From: Kudoa neothunni
Taxonomy: Eukaryota; Animalia; Cnidaria
Direction of reading: 5' to 3'
Assembly (NCBI GenBank): GCA_964304625.1
Contig: OZ199840.1
Location: 7,819,744-7,883,743 of the forward strand
Length of the DNA stretch: 64,000 nt
The position numbers and the translations under genes are program-made. Under the pieces are notes generated by a model. The model was not told where the DNA came from and ran no database searches. It worked only from the letters and a program-made list of their open reading frames with translations. This document shows positions 51,605 through 64,000 of the stretch, one piece after another (the first letter of the stretch is position 1; the number at the start of each line of letters is the position of its first letter).

Positions 51605-54600
51605 ATGGATAATCAAAATGAATGCAACATAAAAGTATTTTGCAGATTCCGTCCTCCGAACGAAAATGAAAAACTCAAAGGAGTCGAATCGCCATTCTCG
51701 GTGAAACCGCCCGATTGTATAGGTCATGATGTAAGCAAACTGTTTCCATTAAAATACTCTTCACTTTGGACAATAATATTTATTTTCTTTATCGATTGAT
51801 CGATTAGAAACGTCAGTTTTTATTTGACCGTGTATTTTCGATGGATTCCTCCCAAAAACAAATATACGATGAAGTAGCAAAACCGTTGGTTCATGGTATT
51901 TTTAACAGCTCATATATTTATTTATTGTGATCCAATTGATTGTTCGATTGTTTCTAGATCTACTAAATGGCTACAATGGTACCATATTTGCTTATGGACA
52001 AACAGCCAGTGGGAAAACTTACACCATGGAAGTAAGTGTTTAAATGAATTATCAGATAATACGGCCAACTTTTATAACTCTCGTTATCTTGATGTAGGGG
52101 CTGGTTACAGAGAATGAAATGGAAGGACATCTAAAAGGCATCCTACCTCGAATTGTCGACGAAATATTTGATCAAATCTATCAAATGGATGAAAATTTGG
52201 AATTTCACATAAAGATCTCATGTTTTGAGATCTATTTGGACAGTATCCGAGATTTGTTGGATGTGACGAAAAGAAATTTAACTGTGCACGAGGATAAAAA
52301 CCGTGTGCCCTATGTCAGAGTATTTTAGCCGGTGTTGTTGTGGATATCCAATCCACATTTATTTTTTTTAAGGGAATTACAGAGCAGTTTGTTACCACAC
52401 CTGCGGAAATAATGAATCTTATAGCCATCAGCAAATCCAATAGGCATGTTAGTGTTACAAGTAATGATTTATACAATACTTTTGAACGGTAAAATTCCGA
52501 CCATCCTAGATATGAACGAACACAGTTCACGCAGTCACTCGATATTTTTGATCAATGTCCGCCAAGAAGATCCAATTTCACAAAAGAAATTGAGTGGAAA
52601 ATTATATTTGGTTGATTTAGCTGGCTCTGAGAAGGTATGTTGGTTTGTTTGATTACACTTACGAGCAATTGATTGATTGTTCGTGGTCTTATTTATATTT
52701 TAGGTCTCGAAAACTGGTGCCGAAGGTATAGTGCTAGATGAGGCGAAAAATATCAACAAATCTCTATCTGCGCTTGGTAATGTTATCTCTGCGTTATCTG
52801 ATAAAAGCGTAAGTACCGGTTATATGTAATATATGTAATGAAATGAGATTTTTTTTAGAAATTTATTCCATACCGTGACAGCAAAATCACTAGAATTCTT
52901 CAAGAAAGTTTAGGTACTTTTAATATTGATTCATTAAATCATTTTTGCTCTAATATTCCTCTGTTAAATCATCGGATCCCATTACATTACATTACATTAT
53001 AATCATAATCATTGACGTCATCAATATACGATTTTTTGTATATCAAACTAGTTTAAAATCCTCCATATAATTTCCTATTGGGTTGTAATGAATGTAGTAG
53101 ATGTTATGTTAATATAAAAAATTATAATGGGATTAATGTAATAATGACTTTATTAAATATTGAATAATCTATTATATCAAGTTTATCTTGTTGTTCAAGG
53201 TCTATGTCTATAAGTGGCTTATTTTTCGTTCTAATTAGTTCTTCTCAAATCATGGTACTCGATCGAATTCGACCATATTCAAAGTCTATTTTAAGATATT
53301 TTTGCTTTAATTTAAATACAATTTTGATATTATTTAGTATGATTGATTAATAAAATAATTTAAATAATTTATTATTATAACCAATCAAATACATTGTAAT
53401 CTTATTAAATAAATTTAATATCACCATTTTGGCCAAAAAATATTTTTTTTTTAAATTTTTTCTCTTTCAATGTGCATAATGCAATGCCCAATGATAGAGA
53501 AGTTAAGTTTGTTGCTCGTATTTTCTGCATTTAATTCGAGATAATTGAAAAAATTAATATTAGTTTTTTTATAATGACTAAAAATTTTTATCTAATATTT
53601 TTACCATATTTAGTCAATTTTTTACGTAATTAACCTTTGAATATAACTTTGCATACAACCTATTTTCAATAGTCGCTAGAAAAGGTTGGACTGCGAAGCG
53701 TTAGTATTAATTCATTTATAAAGTCGTTAAGGATGGCTTTGAAACGATGAATAATGGCATTTTTTTAACAATATTTCGAAAATAGATATCATAATCTGTA
53801 TTGATAGATTACAAAATTAGTTCTATTTATTAGTGATAAAACAATTTAATTAGGAAGATCAGTTCCATTAATTTTTATTTGACTTTATTTTTTAAAAAAT
53901 ACAATAAATACTCTTTTCATATGCTTCTGATTGAAATATAACTTATTGGAAATGTATTATCAATCAATTTTGATTATTTTTTCCATGGCTTTTGCGCATA
54001 GCGTAGGCAGAAATTTAGTTTACGGTTGTTGATAAATAGTGGTAGTGTGGTATGGTTGAATATTTTTATCTTGTTAAAAATTTGTTAGATTAATTAATAC
54101 TTTCCTTTTAATATCGAAAAATTAATAAAAATGTTGTAGAGTCCAAAATTAATTTTTATATATTAATTAGCAATAATTATTAGAAGTTTAACTCAAGTAC
54201 AGGAGGGTTAAATTTTGTACTCGTAAATGTATTTGCGTATAAAAAAGTAATAAGAGAATATCAGTATCTATTGCATTTTCGAAAGATATTTTATATTTGG
54301 TTTGCGATTTGATTTTTCATCTATTTATTAATGATTGCTTTTTTAATCTAAATCGATATAATGAATATATTTAATAATCTATAATTTCCACTGTTTTCTA
54401 AAGAATATCCACGATAGAATATTATTTTTTCGAATTAAAATTTTTATTTTATTCATCTGAATTTTTCCTTACGTACTTGTTGAAAGACAATTCCAACTCG
54501 TTAAATATGTGGATACATGTTTTTCACTCATTCCTCAAAGGAACTCTTGCGATAATTTTTAATTTGTTACTGATTCCCTTTTAGATAAATCTCTACATTT

Positions 54601-57600
54601 ATAATAATAAAATAACAATAGAAATAATGATTGAATATTTTCTCATATTTAAAATTAGTTTTTGATAGGGCGCTTTTATGGGGGTAAATTTTATTGTTCC
54701 TCAGTTCAAGGTTATGGTGGTTTAACTTTTAATCTTAAATGAATTTTACTTTTTTTCTATTAAAATTTTACATTAGTTTTAAAGTATTCGTTCTGTTTTG
54801 TATAAATACAAAACATTAACAAACCATGGTTTTATATGCATTAATGATTGATCAATTATTTTCTTTAATCTCTTAGTTGGCTCTTCGTCTATTTAAAGTT
54901 ATTTTTTCGATTGTCCTTTTAAATTGGTATCTATTGCCATTTTTACGATTATAGCACGGAGCCTTACAATAAAACACAGAGATGATATTGAGGTAGTTTA
55001 CTATCTAAAACCTACATAGAAACAAAATGAGTGTATCATTTTGTTTCTATGTATATACATGTAAAGAGATTCGTTGATAATAGGTCCTTATAGTGTTTTA
55101 TGTATATTTCAACAATTTTTTAACAAATAAACTCTATATAAATTTTTATTATTAGATAAATGCAGTTTAAGTTTCAATACTAAATTACAAAGATCTTGGT
55201 TAATTATTTAATGTAGGTCAGTTATCAATGGAAAAATTAATTCTAGCTACGAATATGTTATGGTAAACTAAGAACATATTTTTTTAATTAAAATTGTTGC
55301 CGTTTTTTTATTGAAAATTATATAGATCTAATTAAAAAATTATAAAATTGCATAGTTTATTCTTTTTTTCCTGGCAAATTTTAAGACAGTTAACTAATTC
55401 ATGTCCAAAAAATATATTATACTCTAAGAATTTAATAAGGATTAACTTTGTTGATTATACATCAGACAGTAGAGATTGTGTTAGAAGCAGTAGTAATTTT
55501 AGTTAGGATTTATTTATTATAAAATATCCTTTCGTTAATTTTTTAACAACATTGGCAAAATAAGCTTCATTCAAACGTGCGTCAATAAGAAATTAACAAA
55601 ATTTGTTTAATTTTTAGAAGAGAAATTGAAATTTTTGTATTAATTTATAAGAAGCGGAAAAAAAGAATCATACTTTAATGAGTACATTAAAATTACAAGT
55701 TGTTATACATATGTTAACTACTATTAGTAGTTAATTATGTGTTAAGATAAATAAAATACCACACATATAATGTAATTTACGTTAAACAAATTTCATTATT
55801 TATTTTATTATTATATACTGATTTATTTAAGTTAAAATTAATATAATTTGAATAATGGAAAATCACTCTAATAATCATTGTGCATTTTGTCTCTCCTTAA
55901 GTAGTTATATTGCTAAAATACCGAATGAAAATGGTTCATAACAGGATTTTGGTTTCAACAATTCAATCATCTCTTTTAATTTTATCGAAAAATATAGGGG
56001 GAAATTCTAAGACAAGCATTATTATTTGTTGTTCTCCTTCAATTTTCAATGAAGCTGAATCGAAATCCACTTTATTTTTTGGCCAAAGGTAAACAATTAT
56101 CATGACAATCGACTAATGACAAATTTATTTTCGTAGGGCCAAAACTATCAAAAATACACTTGCTATCAATGAAGAATTGTCTGCCAGTACAATTGATTTG
56201 TTTTTGGCTGTTTTATTTACAGTTTTGGTAGATGAATGGAAATTACGCTACAGTGCCGAAGCCCGAAAGGTTATTCAACTTAAAGACTACGTGATTAGGC
56301 TTCAATGTGAAGTTGACCGGTGGAGACAGGGTTAATTTGTTGTAATTGGCGGTAAAACCAAATTTTCTCTAGGTGATACAGTCCCTACTAACCAAAGAGC
56401 TTCTATGGATAATTTCATTGCTAAGCTTCTCAGTGAAACATCTGTAGACAGCACTACCACTGATGAGGTCGCTATTGATGAAGTTTTCTCGCCTCCCGCT
56501 ACATTGAACAAACTCGATGTGGGGTCTGTTCGTTCTACTAACGAGTCGAGCATATTGGATGTGAATGAACTCAAAAGAACGTTCGAAGATGTTAGTGTGA
56601 TTGATGATATTAGTTCATTGCACAAACAGACCGATCATTTGCGTTGTGAGCAGATGATTCTAGATAAGGTATTTTTATTCCTTCTATTGGTAAATAAGAA
56701 TGAAAACCCAAATTTTAGATGTACGAATTGAAAGCAGCAAATCAAAGTTTATTTGAAGTACAGGAAAAACTGTACGAAACACAATCTGAATTGTCTACAT
56801 ATGTGAATGCCTATAAAAATTTAAAACCAATCGATAACATAAATTCACCCCTAAATCTCATGGAATCAGCAGGACTTAAATCTGAACTTTCTGAAGCAAT
56901 GAATGCACTGGAAGAGCTGGCCTCTGACTTTGAAAAAAAATCTCAACAATATTCAGAATTGCTGATAAAATGTGAACAATTGGAAAACAGCCTCAAGCTA
57001 GAAGTGAACAATCTAGCTATTCTCAAAAAGGAGTATGACACCCAACGAAACATCTCTCAAGCTCACTTCAACAAATGCAATGAGTTCCACAGAAAAATGA
57101 TTGAAAATCTAGTGAGTGCTGTCGCTTTGATTATAATGGTAATATTTGTCTTTATCCAAATTGTGTAGTTAACCGGAATTGAATTGGCTGGAGGGACAGT
57201 TTCGATTACATTACCGGTAATCAATTTGGTCCATGTTTTATCTTTTATGTGATTGCTTTAAAGAATGGAGAACATTTTATGCTATCCTCTAAGAATATTA
57301 ATATCGCGATAAATAATACTAATAACATTACTGGCATAATTGGAATGTTACTCGAAACACTTAGAGGAGAATGTGAAAAATTAGTTGATGTAAAAATTAA
57401 TTGATTGATCGTGTGAAAGCAATCTTCACTTACTTTCCTGTCTTTGTTCAACTAGACTAAACAGGAAAAAACAAGAAAAGTTGAAACATTGTCAGAAACA
57501 ATAAAAATGAATGAAAAACAAATCATTTTGCTAAAAGCCCAACTAAATCAAGTATTTGAACTCAAGAAGGAGATACTCTCACTCTCAATCGATGGCATCA

Positions 57601-58886
57601 TAAATCATGTCCACTTTTAGAGCGCCGAAAATATGAAGAAAATTGAAAGTCAGCTTGAGGATTCAGAAACCCGCAGAAAAATTATTGAAAATCTTCACGA
57701 AAAAACCGAAAACCAGATCCAGCTGCTACGTCATCAAGTTGCCCGCGAAGGAGAATCCTATATTGATGCCACCAGCGCTCAGAATGAAAAATTACTGTTT
57801 CTAACGCAACAAAATGTAAACCTTTTTTATTCTTCGGATCAATTCTATCTTATTAATATTGTAGGATTCGCTCCAACAAAAAATTCAGCTCATTCGAGAT
57901 AACCATCTCAAACAACTCAACAATCTAAGAGCTGACGTGTATTCTCTGGAAGAGAAACACAGCGTGAAAGAGCTGTATGTTTTTAATCGATAGCTGGGTT
58001 GTGCTCTAAAACAAAAACTAACTTTAGACAGCTTCAGAAATATGAGTTCGAATTGGAAAGTTTGAAGAAAGAAAAAAATACCCTCTACTATGAATATCAT
58101 GAGCTTATAAACAAACAAAAAGACGCTAAGTGATTAAACTAGCGAAATAATTTGTTACATATGTTTTTTAGAAATGAATTGAGGGAAAAAGAGTTAGCTT
58201 TCTCCGAGCTTAACAACTTACGTGATACTGTTGTATGAAAGGATTGTGTGGGTGGGTGTTTATTTTGGTGTAGACGGAAGAAATAAAAAGTCTCCACAAT
58301 CTTAGGGATCTTTTCTTTGATGAACTCTCCAAAAGATCAAAGGTACGTACATTTTAAGTTTTTGTTCCATTCTTCATTTTTTTAGAATAACACGAACGGC
58401 AGTTCAAATGATACGATGGATGTGATGTCATCCAACAACGGCTATTCCCAATGTGATATTCACAAGGCCAAAATTGAGCAGCTGGAAGAAAATGTTGATC
58501 AATTGATTCTACGGCATAAAGCCGTAATATTCATAGCTTTTAGCTAAATATATTAATCTTTAATCTGTTGCAATCATATAGCTTACACGAGAGAATGTCG
58601 AACTGAAACAACAAGTTCCAAGACTCGAACGTTACCTTAAAACTGCTAAGGATCGGGTGAAATTGCTCGAGAAAATGGTGGCGGAGAGTCGAGAAATTGC
58701 GAAAAAGGATCGCGAAATGTATTTGCTTTTTTCTTCTAGATAAATTATTTAAATTATTATGTTAGCCTTGCTCAACAAATGCAACAGTTACGTGCTGCCT
58801 ATGACCAACCAGCCCTTCTCAGGCGTCAACATGTTCCTGTTATTACAAAACCTATAAAACCAACGGGAGTACCAAAAATATCTTAG
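51605..58886 (+). CDS. Khc: Kinesin-1 heavy chain (KIF5/Khc), about 20 exons
   Basis: [18 protein letters not shown]-loop GQTASGKT, switch I NEHSSRSH, switch [55 protein letters not shown]|GNSKT and neck RAKTIKN. These are followed by coiled-coil exons and the tail ITKPIKP. All introns traced are GT-AG. Stop TAG at 58884-58886. Confidence 0.97.
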
Positions 58887-59772
58887 AGCCACCAAAAATT
58901 TAGCAATAAAGTCTGGTGAGTGCTTCTTTTTTATAAAGTTATATCAAACAACAATTTTCTACATTTAATATTATTCAAGTGTCGTTTATTGTTCAATTTT
59001 TGAAATTTATCCCAATCCTAAATTTTGTATCTGAAATTCTCCCACATCAATGTTTATTTTGAATTTCTATGTTCCAAACACGAATTAATGTCCAATTGCT
59101 TATTTAAATGAATAAATTATGATATTCATAGTACATTGTTTAAATGATATCAATAGGCCTTTAAACAGTTTCTCCATATTATACAAAAAATTTTTCGTAA
59201 ACGGTGTATATATCGTAGTTCGGTTGTACAGAAATAAGAATAATTTATTAGTTTTTTGGTTCGCGCGCGCTGAAATTTTTGGGTTCCTTAATTTCGTTAA
59301 TTGAAAAAAGGGTAACTATTAATGTAATATATCCAATTTAACGTTCAGCTTTAGAATACGATTATCAGTTTTATGCTTAGTATAACTTATGCCATTGTTG
59401 TGCGAACTAATTAAATCGGGCTAAAAAAATAAAGTTTGGGATTAAAAATTTGGATAAGTTGAGAATTCTTTCAAATAAGAAAAACCGTGAAAATAATTAC
59501 TACTTTACGTTCCTCGCGACCTAAAAAATTATTGATCAATGATGGGATTAACCCCAGTTTTGTATATTGTACATTGTACGTTGTACACCTTTGTTTTATG
59601 CCTATTTACCTGATATACTCAAATAAGATCGTCGTTGCATCTAGCATTTGACTTTTAGGTAAAAATTGGAACCATACATAAGAATATGCGGTACTTCATT
59701 TTCATAATTCAGTAATATTGTTGCATTTATAAATTGACTATCACCTCCAGAAATTTATCTGAGCTTTATTAA

Positions 59773-60943
59773 TCCTATAAGGACCTTGGGGTTTTTTGTC
59801 CCTAAACTATAATTAATTTACCCAGTGTTATGTCCGTAATTATCAGAAATTCGTAATATTTTACCTAATCTCGTAATTTTTAATAATGATCATTCTTTGA
59901 AAATCCTAAGCCGAGCGAATAAAAATTAGGTGTTGACAAAAAATTATTCTCTAAGGACTTTTGGGGTCTTTTGGACCACACGACGTTTTTTGGTCGATAT
60001 GCTTTAAAAATAAATAAAAGCTTAGCTGTACAAGTATTATTCATTTTAATCACATATAAATTTAGAAATATGTTATGAATTTAATTAATCAATGTTTATT
60101 TTTCGTAAGGATTAAATAATTCACACGTGACCGTTAATTAAAATAGATATGGTAAACTTTTATTTACCACAAAGAATAAATTTATAGAATTACAAGAAGT
60201 AAATATAATCTATTTGAATATAGTTAATACATAAATTTAGATCTTTGAAATGAAATCTTCCAAACAATTGATATATTTAATTATTTAGTGACAAAGTATG
60301 TTGGTGAAAACTACGAAAAGCAACCTATATGTTTTTAACATTTTAATTAAGTGCAATAGAAATTAGGATCAAGCTGTTTTTAATGATATTTTCTTCACCA
60401 ACTTAATCGACGTTTCAGATGATTCCCTATGATTTTCTTCAAATTCACTCCCAAAAGATTGAAATTCATCAATACACTAATCAGTTCCACTCTTATTTTG
60501 TATAGGAAAGGCGGGGTCGCGTGGTATTATTTGATCAGGGAACAACAATATGCTCCCGAGCAATAATTTAAAATATTAGCCCTTAACGGCTAACCATTGG
60601 ATTCGCGCGTCCACCTTCCTATTATTTTGTTGTAAAACTTGGTATATTATGTTTAATTTCGCCAAACCTCTAAATAATTTTATTATGTCGGTCGTTAGAT
60701 AATGCTTTTTTTTAAATGCCGATTAATTGCGATCCAATCTGACACAGTGCCGATGAGATTATAACGGATTAATTAAATAAATGTTCGGCTCTTTTCTTCA
60801 AATTTAGTCGACAGAAATTTTTTAAACTACGGAAAATAATATATCTATATTTATTAAGTTAATTCCTCGAATAAAAAACTAGGGTCTCTGTCTTGGACCC
60901 CAAAAGTCCTGGAAGGGCGGTCGTTTTTGCTGACCTTAGAGGG
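59773..60943. mobile_element. piggyBac-like non-autonomous element, copy 2 (uninterrupted)
   Basis: Ends TTAA|TCCTATAAGG and CCTTAGAGGG|TTAA. Colinear similarity to copy 1, with a single CTCTAAGG at the site occupied by the hAT in copy 1. Confidence 0.88.
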
Positions 60944-62121
60944 TTAAAGTTTGTTAGTCGAGAGTTATATATGGGTGCAGTTGTTTGGAATATTAAATAA
61001 AACTTTCTTAGTTTCATTATATTCTTCTATATAATGATATTAAATAGAAGAATAAAGATGAAATTCTAAAACTCAATTCTTAAATATAATTTATTCAGAG
61101 AAATAGAAAATTTATTGCTCTCATTATGCTATTCGTGTCTTAAATCTAGTAGCTCCTTTCGTGAATAATCAAGGCGACAAGGCAAAATTGACTATTAGCA
61201 CAACATTATCTCTTATTTGGCACGAGCGCAAAACTAAATGCCACAAAGTGTTAAACCCCACGAGTAAAATGGAGTCCATTTGAACTCCAAATTTTTCTGC
61301 AGTAATTTAAAATATTCGAATTATCAATATTGAAATCAACCTAAACATTGATAACTTTAATTAGAAAACCATTGGCTCGTAGAACCCAAATGATGATTCG
61401 ATCTCACTAAAACACCTCATAAATACAACTATGTTCTCCAAAAATTTATCAATAATTATTTGAATTTATTATTAAATTCAAAATAATAAAGAAAATTGGT
61501 TTATTCAATATGAAAAAGTTTTATTATCTGTAATCGTTTCGTAATACAAAAATACTTGGCGAATTTCAGAGTGTACGAAATTGCAATAACCTAAGAAAAA
61601 TTTTTCACTTTTCCTGCGATTGAAAAACATAAGTGACTAGACTTGCAAATTTGGGGTCTAGATAGTCCCTAATTTCGAACAATTTTAAAAATTAGGGATT
61701 TTCTGATGCAAAAAATGTTGATAATATTTCGATTTTTTACCAAGTATTTATTTAAAATATGAAAAATTATAACAATGGCGACTATGATGACTTTTGTCCG
61801 AGTGCCCCAAATGCATTTCGATTCGTCCACCAACTCCCAAATAAGCAAGAAGCTGTGTGTCTTCTTTCATGTATTTTGAATGATGGCATTGGATGCAGAC
61901 GAACTATAAAATAGGATCATCAAATGATAAAGTACATTTATTTTTGAGAAAGATGTTTATTAATTGTTGATAAGGGAATTCATAAACATGTCCAAGCAGA
62001 GCACAAAGTTAATCTAGGAACGCGAATTGCTCCTCAAAATAAAGTAAGAACGAATAATATAACAAAATCGAAAACAAATAAAAATCTCGAAATTAGAAAG
62101 TCTACAAATGCCCATTTAAAT

Positions 62122-63141
62122 CAGCGCTTCCCCATTCATTTTAGTTTCCGGACCCTTTACAACCTACGAGGACAATTCCACACCCTTTCTCCCAAACGAG
62201 ATTTAAAATGGGTTTATTTTTATATTTTTAGGTGAGGAAAATATTTTTATTAAAATAAAATTAAAAAGAGAAATCCTGCCTATTTTAAAAAGAACAAATG
62301 TGAATAAAATTAATAAAACTGGTAATAAATTAAATGTGTAAATTGTTTTTCTTGTCTTTTCGGGCATTAATTTAATCAAAATGGGACTCTTTATCAGATT
62401 AAGTTATGACAAATCATAATTTGTCAAGTTACAAGATATGTTAATGTTGTTGTGCAGAATAACATACGTGAATAGTTGAGCTTACGCGAAATTTTGGGTT
62501 TTTTAGTTTGGTTGTTTAATTATGAATTTGAAAATTTAATGAAAAAATTAAATATGTAACTCAATCTCAAATGCATAGTTTAAATTTATAGAATTTTTTA
62601 ATGCAAATTGACTTTAATTTAAAGTATAAAAATTTAACAAAAAAATCTAAATAACGTAACCTTGACATGAATTAAAATTTAATTCTTACTTGTCATATAG
62701 TTTAATTAAAAATAATAAATAATATAATTTTTAATAATTCATCCATTTTAAAACCTTTTATATTTCGTTTATCTTTCCCATTAAAAAGTGAATACTTCAT
62801 AATTTATTACGCTGTTCCATTTAAAATTTGAACTGAATAATTTATTTACCGGTGAAAGAGGAATAAGTTATCATTTTTATTTCATATGAAATAAATGAAT
62901 ATTAAGTAGTAGATTGAGAGCACAAATTAATCCTCAGTAAAATTCATCAAATGACTATTTATTTAACAGACTTACTTCAGCTTCGACTGCGCTCATGATA
63001 TATTGTCGTGAGAGATTCTGATTATTTGGAATCGAGACATTATGTGCAAAGCATGTTTAGTCGTACAAATTTTTCGTTGATCCTAGACGTGAGTCTCGGA
63101 TCCCCAGTAACTGTCTCTGGGCCTCCAATCGTGAATCCCTG
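62122..63141. mobile_element. hAT-type non-autonomous element, old
   Basis: Ends CAGCGCTTCCCCA and TCGTGAATCCCTG (9 of 13 inverted match). The TSD is ATTTAAAT / CTTTAAAT (7 of 8 match). Confidence 0.65.
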
Positions 63142-64000
63142 CTTTAAATAGACCAATTAAGCTTCAAATAGACATTTTGCACAAACATGCATGTTTTCCA
63201 AATAAATCAAACAGAATTAATCGTCAACTAATTATTCTCTAAAAATTATAAAAATTTTTAGAGAAAATAACTAGTTAAAAAGTATAACAAAATAAGAATC
63301 TGAAGTAATAATGGATCCCAATACATTTGGTCAGTGCTCGATTTCGTGGTGCTCCTAAGTTTAACCGATTTAAATTTTAACAGCAGGAAATTAGAGCTTC
63401 TTCAAAAATTCCGCGATTAAATAATAAAATAAGGAGTTAAAATGTAAAAATAACAATAATCAATAAACATAAAAACTGTAAAAATTAAAATAGAACATTC
63501 GTTAACAGAATAAAAAAATAATAAGATTAAGGTATAAAATATTGTCTTCAATAAGCTGTTAGTTATTTTATTATTTAAAAATCGCATAATTTAGAACTAA
63601 CATATTTTTATGATGAGATCGTATATGATCAATTCAATTAGAAATATATCAATATTATATATTATAAATTATAATATAATATTGAGAGGTTTGAGCGGAA
63701 TTTTTAAATTGATTCCAATGACTACTTGATCGATATAATAATAAAAATAATAAGATTGTTTTAATATTTAATATAAAATGTATTTTGTACAATAATAAAA
63801 GCGCATCATACGAGTCTTTAAATAAATAATTAATTAGTAACAAACTTCATGTTTATCTATTTACAAATTTAAACTCCCAATCTTTTAATTCTTATATTAA
63901 AAACTCCCTTTATACCTATCAAAATGATATTGAAATGTATGCAATAACAACTTATTTTTCATTTTTAAATCCCAAGAACTCTGAGCGAAAAACTAATATG

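Noticed and set aside
1-64000. Non-standard genetic code or non-canonical introns as the cause of ORF fragmentation
   Set aside because: The conserved genes traced (SMS and kinesin fully; the others in part) can be joined with GT-AG introns in the standard code, and all three stop codons terminate genes.

Overview
Very AT-rich eukaryotic, animal-like genomic DNA. It uses the standard genetic code (TAA, TAG and TGA all appear as stops) and has many short GT-AG introns (~45-90 nt), which is why the ORF track is fragmented. The kinesin-1 is clearly metazoan-type. Strongly diverged proteins, compact introns and the IS630/Merlin transposon repertoire would fit a reduced animal parasite such as a myxozoan cnidarian, but that assignment is inference only. 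Seven multi-exon genes can be reconstructed by hand: sphingomyelin synthase-family (-), WDR59-like GATOR2 subunit (+), a degenerate KH-fold gene (+, tentative), an IGF2BP-like KH gene (+), a CD39/NTPDase-fold membrane protein (+), VPS50/syndetin (+) and kinesin-1 heavy chain (+). Intergenic DNA and one ~3-kb intron in each of three genes carry or are flanked by decayed mobile elements: IS630/Tc1, pogo-like, hAT, piggyBac-like, Mutator, Merlin and an RTE-like 5' fragment, including a three-level nest at 3989-7514. The most novel-looking candidate is the gene at 33995-36465. It encodes an apyrase (GDA1/CD39) fold whose apyrase-conserved motifs ACR1-4 all appear destroyed, mounted on a Pro/Thr repeat stalk with a C-terminal transmembrane anchor, i.e. 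a putative pseudo-apyrase surface protein. All protein assignments come from motif recognition by eye; no searches were run.
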